DNA of 32,000 nt. It comes from Methylophaga frappieri (lineage in GTDB: Bacteria; Pseudomonadota; Gammaproteobacteria; Nitrosococcales; Methylophagaceae). Each line of letters begins with the position of its first letter. Position 1 is the stretch's first letter. Under the pieces are notes generated by a model. The model made no database searches. It was not told where the DNA came from and saw only the letters and a program-made list of their open reading frames with translations. Where the stretch lies: the NCBI RefSeq assembly GCF_000260965.1, contig NC_017856.1, positions 810,001 to 842,000 on the forward strand, written 5' to 3'. Position numbers and translations under genes: made by a program. Below, in pieces: positions 26,792 to 32,000 of the stretch.

Positions 26792-27503
26792 CGTATTCAT
26801 CCAGAATTTCACGCAGCTTCGCTGGTGGCACATAGCCCGGTAACATCTGACCATTATTCAAAAACAAGGCAGGCGTTCCCTCTACCCCAAGGCGACGACC
26901 CGTATCAAACTGAGCCAACACCGGATTGTCTTCACAAACCTTGCCATTGATGTCGCGATTAGCTTTGGCATCGGTCATCGCTTGCTGGCGGTCTTCAGCA
27001 CACCAGACTTGTTCCAACTTGGTTGCCGACTCTGAATCGGCCCCGGCACGTGGAAATGCCATATATCGAATACCAATACCTTGGTCATTGTATTCTGCGA
27101 TTTGCTCATGCAATTTACGGCAGTAACCACAGTCAACATCGGTAAATACCGTCAACATATAATCAGGATTCTCTGGAGCGAATACAATCAAGTCTGACTC
27201 TGGCTGGCGCGCTAAAACAGCCTGTTTAATCTCAAGTTGTCGTTGTTGCGTGATATTTTCTCTACTGGCCAGCGCAAGGACATTACCTTGGATAAGGTAA
27301 TCACCGTCTTTAGTAAGATAAAAAATACGATCATCAATGACCGCCTCGTACAAACCACTGTCGCCGACTGGCTTGAGTGATTGGATTTGCATTTCTGGTA
27401 CATCCTGACGCAATTTATCTTTTAGCGCTGTTACCTCTGCATCAGCGGCATAGACAGTGGGAATGAATAATAAGGCCAGCAATGGCCAGAGAAAATATTT
27501 CAT
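26775..27503 (-). CDS. dsbC: Thiol:disulfide interchange protein DsbC
   Basis: Signal peptide MKYFLWPLLALLFIPTVYA, an N-terminal dimerisation region, and a thioredoxin fold with the CGYC active site (DVDCGYCRKLH). Confidence 0.85.
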   Translation of the reverse strand: MKYFLWPLLALLFIPTVYAADAEVTALKDKLRQDVPEMQIQSLKPVGDSGLYEAVIDDRIFYLTKDGDYLIQGNVLALASRENITQQRQLEIKQAVLARQPESDLIVFAPENPDYMLTVFTDVDCGYCRKLHEQIAEYNDQGIGIRYMAFPRAGADSESATKLEQVWCAEDRQQAMTDAKANRDINGKVCEDNPVLAQFDTGRRLGVEGTPALFLNNGQMLPGYVPPAKLREILDEYASLAP

Positions 27504-27511
27504 TGTGCGAA

Positions 27512-27997
27512 TTAATCCCGAAAATTGTTGAATTGCAATGGCATATCCAAGTCATCGTTGGCTTTAAGCATGGCCATAACCTGTTGCAGGTCATCTCTTT
27601 TTTTACCGGTAACTCGAACGCTATCGCCTTGAATCGCTGCCTGCACTTTTATTTTGCTGTCTTTAATGCTTTTGACAATTTTTCTGCTGGTATCACTGTC
27701 CAGACCTTCACGAACCAGCACATCCTGTTTCCGTTGTTTACCCAAGCCCTGACTATCCTTGACGTCCAGACACTTAACATCAATGCCGCGTTTAGCAAAT
27801 TTGAGCCGCATGATATCCAGCAGTTGTTCCAGTTGAAAATCACTATCCGCAAACAGGGTAACCACTTTTTCTGACTGTTCAGCGCGAGCGTCAGTTCCAC
27901 GAAAATCAAACCGATTCGCTAACTCACGATTGGTTTGATCGACCGCATTGGTTAATTCGTGTTTATCGACTTCAGAAACAATATCAAAAGATGGCAT
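27512..27997 (-). CDS. yajQ: YajQ-family nucleotide / cyclic-di-GMP-binding protein (UPF0234)
   Basis: MPSFDIVSEVDKHELTNAVDQTNRELANRFDFRG is the characteristic YajQ N-terminus. 161 aa. Confidence 0.9.
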   Translation of the reverse strand: MPSFDIVSEVDKHELTNAVDQTNRELANRFDFRGTDARAEQSEKVVTLFADSDFQLEQLLDIMRLKFAKRGIDVKCLDVKDSQGLGKQRKQDVLVREGLDSDTSRKIVKSIKDSKIKVQAAIQGDSVRVTGKKRDDLQQVMAMLKANDDLDMPLQFNNFRD

Positions 27998-28046
27998 TTC
28001 GATCCCCTCATTATCAAGCGGCAGAGTTTAGCACGATAGCGATATA

Positions 28047-28964
28047 TCAGCCTCGCGGATGAAAGCGCTGATGTAAACTTTGTAACCGGGCATTGGCAAT
28101 ATGTGTGTAGATCTGGGTGGTTGATAAATCACTATGACCTAACAATAATTGCACCACCCGTAAGTCAGCACCATGATTCAACAAATGGGTAGCGAAAGCG
28201 TGGCGCAATGTATGTGGTGACAAAGGTTTGGTGATGCCTGCCTGATGCGCATAACGCTTGATCAAATACCAAAATGCCTGTCTGGTCATGGCATGCCCGC
28301 GTCGCGTTGGAAACAAATCCTCACTGGCATAGCCATAAATTAATTGTGGTCTGCTTTCCAGCAGATATTGCTGACAATAATCCAGTGCTGTTTCACCCAG
28401 GGGTACCAATCGCTCTTTATTGCCTTTGCCAATACAGCGGATTAGCCCCTGTCGCATATTTAGTTGTTCCAGGGTCAGGGTAACCAGTTCAGATACCCTA
28501 AGCCCCGTCGCATATAGTACCTCGAGCATCGTTTTATCTCTGAGCCCCAGCATCGTATAGACCTCGGGCTGAGCCAGCAGATCATCCACCTCCTGTTCAG
28601 AAAGACTATCCGGTAAATGTCGGTTTAATTTCGGTGAGTCGAGTAATGCGGTCGGATCGGATTGCCGCCAGCCTTCGCGACATAAATACCGATAGTAACG
28701 TCTCAAACTTGAAATCAGTCGCGCGTCACTGGTCTTTTTTCTGCCCTCGCGAAGCCGGCTGACCAGATACGCTTCAATATGGTTTTTCTCGGCACTTGCC
28801 AGACCAATTTCCTGTTTTTGCAACCAACTGGAAAAGGCCAGAAGATCACGGCGATAGGCCCAGACCGTATTATCACTCAGGCCGGCTTCTAACCACAGAC
28901 TGTCCAAAAACGCGGCCAAATAACCGTTCTGATCTTTTGTTGTCGATTGATCATCTTGCTGCAT
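28047..28964 (-). CDS. xerD: Site-specific tyrosine recombinase XerD (chromosome dimer resolution)
   Basis: ATGLRVSELV, HTLRHAFATHLL and LLGHSDLSTTQIYTH (catalytic Tyr). The xerD-dsbC neighbourhood is conserved. Confidence 0.85.
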   Translation of the reverse strand: MQQDDQSTTKDQNGYLAAFLDSLWLEAGLSDNTVWAYRRDLLAFSSWLQKQEIGLASAEKNHIEAYLVSRLREGRKKTSDARLISSLRRYYRYLCREGWRQSDPTALLDSPKLNRHLPDSLSEQEVDDLLAQPEVYTMLGLRDKTMLEVLYATGLRVSELVTLTLEQLNMRQGLIRCIGKGNKERLVPLGETALDYCQQYLLESRPQLIYGYASEDLFPTRRGHAMTRQAFWYLIKRYAHQAGITKPLSPHTLRHAFATHLLNHGADLRVVQLLLGHSDLSTTQIYTHIANARLQSLHQRFHPRG

Positions 28965-28989
28965 GCGGTGAGTTTAGCAGGTGACGCAC

Positions 28990-29019
28990 AAAAAAAAGGA
29001 CCGCTAACGCAGTCCTTTT
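28990..29019 (-). terminator. Intrinsic terminator after rplS
   Basis: The minus-strand transcript reads AAAGGAC-tgcgttagcg-GTCCTTTTTTTT. Confidence 0.5.
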
Positions 29020-29038
29020 CATATCTTGGCGGTGCGAT

Positions 29039-29383
29039 TTACAGTTTTTCTTTGATACGCGCCGCTTTACCTGACAGGTCTCTCAAATAGTAAAGTTTAG
29101 CGCGTCTGACATCACCGCGGCGTTTCACTTCTACGCTGGCAATGGTTGGACTATGTGTCTGGAAAACACGTTCAACGCCAACACCACTTGAAATCTTGCG
29201 AACGGTAAATGCCGAATGCAATCCACGGTTACGTTTAGCAATCACCAGACCTTCAAATGCCTGTTCACGCTCACGCTCACCTTCTTTGATTTTAACTTTG
29301 ACCACAACCGTATCGCCTGGGGCAAAGTTTGGAATATCAGAGCGTAATTGCTCAGCATTCAATTGTTCAATAATGTTGCTCAT
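29039..29383 (-). CDS. rplS: 50S ribosomal protein L19
   Basis: [28 protein letters not shown]..., 114 aa, last gene of the rpsP-rimM-trmD-rplS operon. Confidence 0.95.
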   Translation of the reverse strand: MSNIIEQLNAEQLRSDIPNFAPGDTVVVKVKIKEGEREREQAFEGLVIAKRNRGLHSAFTVRKISSGVGVERVFQTHSPTIASVEVKRRGDVRRAKLYYLRDLSGKAARIKEKL

Positions 29384-29401
29384 CGTTTTCTCCCACTCAT
29401 C

Positions 29402-30145
29402 CTAATCTTGCCCGCTCTCGGCAATAAATTCTGCTAACAAGGCGGCTTGTTCCGTATCCAGCGATTTGGCTGTCAACAAATCAGGTCGCCGTAACCATGT
29501 GCGTCCCAGAGCCTGTTTCAGGCGCCACCGGCGAATCGCCTCATGGTCACCCCCAAGCAAAACTGCCGGTACGCTATCATCCTGTAATCTCTCAGGGCGG
29601 GTGTAATGTGGATGATCCAGCAGACCTTGCATAAATGAATCCTGCTCTGCGGATTCAGCATCCCCCAATACACCCGGTAGCAATCTTGCCAGGCCATCAA
29701 TGACAACCATGGCCGGCAACTCACCACCGCTGAGGACATAGTCACCAATCGACCATTCCTCATCCACCTCTTGTTCAATCAGCCGCTCATCAACCCCTTC
29801 ATAACGGCCAGCCAGCAAAATAACTGCTGACTGTTGGGACCACAATTTAAGCTTGCCCTGAGTCAGCGGCTGGCCTTGTGGCGACAGATAAACAACCTTC
29901 GTTTGCTGTCCCAATGTCAATTTAGCCGCCTGAATCGCTGCTAACAATGGCGATACTTTCATGACCATACCTGGTCCGCCACCATAAGGGCGATCATCGA
30001 CTGTTTTATGCCTGTCTTCCGTGAAATCTCTCGGATTCCAGACATCAACTTTTAACTGCCCTTTGTTTACTGCACGGCCAGTCACTCCATAATTGGTGAC
30101 CGCCAAAAACATTTCTGGAAACAATGAAATCACCCCAAGGTGCAT
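29402..30145 (-). CDS. trmD: tRNA (guanine37-N1)-methyltransferase
   Basis: [17 protein letters not shown] and [10 protein letters not shown] motifs, in the conserved operon position. Confidence 0.95.
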   Translation of the reverse strand: MHLGVISLFPEMFLAVTNYGVTGRAVNKGQLKVDVWNPRDFTEDRHKTVDDRPYGGGPGMVMKVSPLLAAIQAAKLTLGQQTKVVYLSPQGQPLTQGKLKLWSQQSAVILLAGRYEGVDERLIEQEVDEEWSIGDYVLSGGELPAMVVIDGLARLLPGVLGDAESAEQDSFMQGLLDHPHYTRPERLQDDSVPAVLLGGDHEAIRRWRLKQALGRTWLRRPDLLTAKSLDTEQAALLAEFIAESGQD

Positions 30146-30154
30146 TTCACTACC

Positions 30155-30676
30155 TCACAAATAGTCTGTCTGCCAGTCGACTTGGATCAGCTTTTTGTCC
30201 ATGTCTACTGAAAGCACAACCTCATCCAGAACAAAAGGAATCAACAACGATTCATCTGCCGAATCAGACTGGATAACCAGAACATCATGTGCACCGGTTT
30301 CCAGTAAATGATCTACTTTCCCCAGCACACTTTGTTGCGCATCGACGACGGTCATACCGATCAAATCAGCCCAGTAAAACTCATCTTTGTCGGCCTTTGC
30401 CAGTTGCTCCCGCCGAATAGCCAGCTCAGCACCAACTAACGCCAGCGCCTGATCCCGGTCAGTGACGTTGCGAATACTTAGCACAACGGCTTTACCTTGT
30501 AATTGCCCGCCCGAAATCGCTACTTCCAACCATTGCCCCTGACGCTTCATGAGCAATGGCGAATAATTCAAAATATTGTCGCGTGGCTCTGTGTAGGAAA
30601 ACACTTTCACGCCACCTCTGACGCCAAAAACGCCAGAAATCTTACCGACCGGAATCAAATCGCCGGCTTGTGCCAT
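30155..30676 (-). CDS. rimM: 16S rRNA processing protein RimM
   Basis: GKISGVFGVRGGVKVFSYTE, and its position between rpsP and trmD. Confidence 0.9.
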   Translation of the reverse strand: MAQAGDLIPVGKISGVFGVRGGVKVFSYTEPRDNILNYSPLLMKRQGQWLEVAISGGQLQGKAVVLSIRNVTDRDQALALVGAELAIRREQLAKADKDEFYWADLIGMTVVDAQQSVLGKVDHLLETGAHDVLVIQSDSADESLLIPFVLDEVVLSVDMDKKLIQVDWQTDYL

Positions 30677-30700
30677 CGCGAGTATCTCCGGTCGTTTAAA

Positions 30701-30952
30701 TTAAGCTGCTTGCTTTTTAGCTTGCTTGATCAGTTGCGCAACACGCTCAGAAGTTTGTGCGCCTTGGCTGACCCAATGCTCAACGCGTTCGAGATCCAAA
30801 CGCAGCGTTTCTTCCTGGCCTTTAGCAATCGGATTGAAGAAGCCGATACGCTCAATGTAGCGACCATCACGCTTACTACGTGAATCTGTGACTACGATGC
30901 CGTAAAAAGGACGCTTTTTCGCGCCACTGCGCGTCATTCGAATTGTTACCAT
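30701..30952 (-). CDS. rpsP: 30S ribosomal protein S16
   Basis: [41 protein letters not shown]. Confidence 0.95.
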   Translation of the reverse strand: MVTIRMTRSGAKKRPFYGIVVTDSRSKRDGRYIERIGFFNPIAKGQEETLRLDLERVEHWVSQGAQTSERVAQLIKQAKKQAA

Positions 30953-31038
30953 AAACCTGCCCGTTCAAAAATCGGATGGAAAATATTGTTATTTTACGCA
31001 CTTATATCAAATTTGCATAGCTACTTATTGCTTTAATT

Positions 31039-32000
31039 TCAAAATGGCAAGCCACCGCCACCCATGGGTAATTTACCGCCCATGCTACGCATTAATTTGG
31101 CCATGCCGCCTTTTTGCCCCATTTTTTTCATCATTTTTTGCATTTGTGTAAATTGTTTAAGCAACCGATTCACATCTTGTATTTGCGTACCAGAGCCCGC
31201 TGCAATACGTTTTTTTCGAGATCCCTTGATGATATCCGGGCGTCGACGTTCTTTCACGGTCATAGAGTCAATCATTGCCTCCATTTTACGTAACTGGCCA
31301 TCATTGGCTTGTTGCTTTACCGCGTCCGGTATTTGCCCCATTCCGGGCAACTTATCCATCAACGCGCCTATGCCTCCCATTTTGCCCATCTGTCTCAGTT
31401 GTTCTCGAAAATCTTCAAGGTCAAAGTTCTTACCACTTTTCAACTTGCCGGCCAGTTTTTCGGCAGACTCGGTGTCGATATTTCGTTGCGCTTCTTCGAC
31501 AAGTGATAACACATCGCCCATACCGAGAATTCTTGAAACCAGACGGTCTGGATGAAATGGCTCCAAAGCTGTGGTTTTCTCACCGACACCGAGAAACTTA
31601 ATGGGTTTGCCGGTAATATGCCGGATTGACAGTGCGGCGCCCCCCCGAGCATCACCATCCGTTTTGGTTAGAATGACCCCGGTTAATGGTAAGGCTTCGT
31701 TAAAAGCTTGTGCGGTATTTGCCGCATCCTGGCCGGTCATGCTATCAACTGTAAATAAGGTTTCTGACGGCGAGATAGCCGCATGAATAGCCTGGATTTC
31801 GCTCATCATGTCGGCATCAATATGTAGGCGACCTGCGGTATCCACAATAAGCACATCGACATATTCTTTTTTAGCCTGTGCCAAGGCATTGCGTGCAATC
31901 TCTACTGGCTGCTGGCTCGACTCACTGGCGAAAAACTTAGCATCTACTTCTGCCGCCAGCGTTTTCAATTGCTGAATCGCTGCAGGCCGATAAACGTCCG
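31039..32000 (-). CDS. ffh: Signal recognition particle protein Ffh (C-terminal about 320 aa; 5' end lies outside the window)
   Basis: NG-domain motifs DTAGRL and TKTDGDARGG, and a Met-rich M domain (MQKMMKKMGQKGGMAKLMRSMGG). The frame stays open to the window end. Confidence 0.95.
   Translation of the reverse strand, partial: DVYRPAAIQQLKTLAAEVDAKFFASESSQQPVEIARNALAQAKKEYVDVLIVDTAGRLHIDADMMSEIQAIHAAISPSETLFTVDSMTGQDAANTAQAFNEALPLTGVILTKTDGDARGGAALSIRHITGKPIKFLGVGEKTTALEPFHPDRLVSRILGMGDVLSLVEEAQRNIDTESAEKLAGKLKSGKNFDLEDFREQLRQMGKMGGIGALMDKLPGMGQIPDAVKQQANDGQLRKMEAMIDSMTVKERRRPDIIKGSRKKRIAAGSGTQIQDVNRLLKQFTQMQKMMKKMGQKGGMAKLMRSMGGKLPMGGGGLPF

Noticed and set aside
28047-28964. Tyrosine recombinase as a marker of a prophage or integrative element
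   Set aside because: The sequence pattern and the conserved neighbourhood with dsbC and the rpsP operon identify it as chromosomal XerD. No phage, att or cargo genes are nearby.
31064-31555. 163-aa antisense ORF inside ffh, plus similar shadow ORFs (27482-27874 in yajQ, 30503-30883 across rimM/rpsP, 22162-22500 and 22768-23130 in cysS, 16839-17141 in the TBDR gene, 25460-25777 in ppiA)
   Set aside because: Each lies antisense to, or out of frame with, a confidently identified conserved gene. The translations are low-complexity or Cys/Arg/Ser-rich with no recognisable motifs.

Overview
This window looks like chromosomal DNA from a Gammaproteobacterium. All gene identities come from reading motifs in the supplied translations; no searches were run.

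The right third (about 20.9-32 kb) is conserved housekeeping: tRNA-Arg(UCU) and tRNA-Pro(UGG), folD, cysS, glnS, ppiA, lpxH, dsbC, yajQ, xerD, rplS-trmD-rimM-rpsP and the 3' part of ffh.

The left two thirds is an accessory metal-homeostasis region that reads as a multi-operon zinc-limitation (Zur) island. It contains:
- a Zur-type Fur-family repressor;
- two COG0523 (CobW/YjiA/ZigA-type) GTPases;
- a DksA paralogue lacking the Cys4 zinc finger;
- a translationally coupled thrS-pyrC-hisI operon with altered metal-ligand motifs in PyrC and HisI;
- an orphan FwdA/FhcA-family amidohydrolase paired with a COG0523 gene directly downstream of zur;
- an uncharacterised three-gene operon divergent from zur: a SufE-like protein, a flavoprotein with a Cys-rich tail, and an ACR3/BASS-type permease.

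A 17-bp palindrome (AyGATAyATyrTATCAT) recurs at three of these promoters. A related but Fur-consensus-like palindrome lies between a TonB-dependent receptor and a renalase-like oxidoreductase.

The two operons flanking zur are the best candidates for undescribed biology. I saw no CRISPR array, transposase, phage-type integrase or recognisable defence genes.
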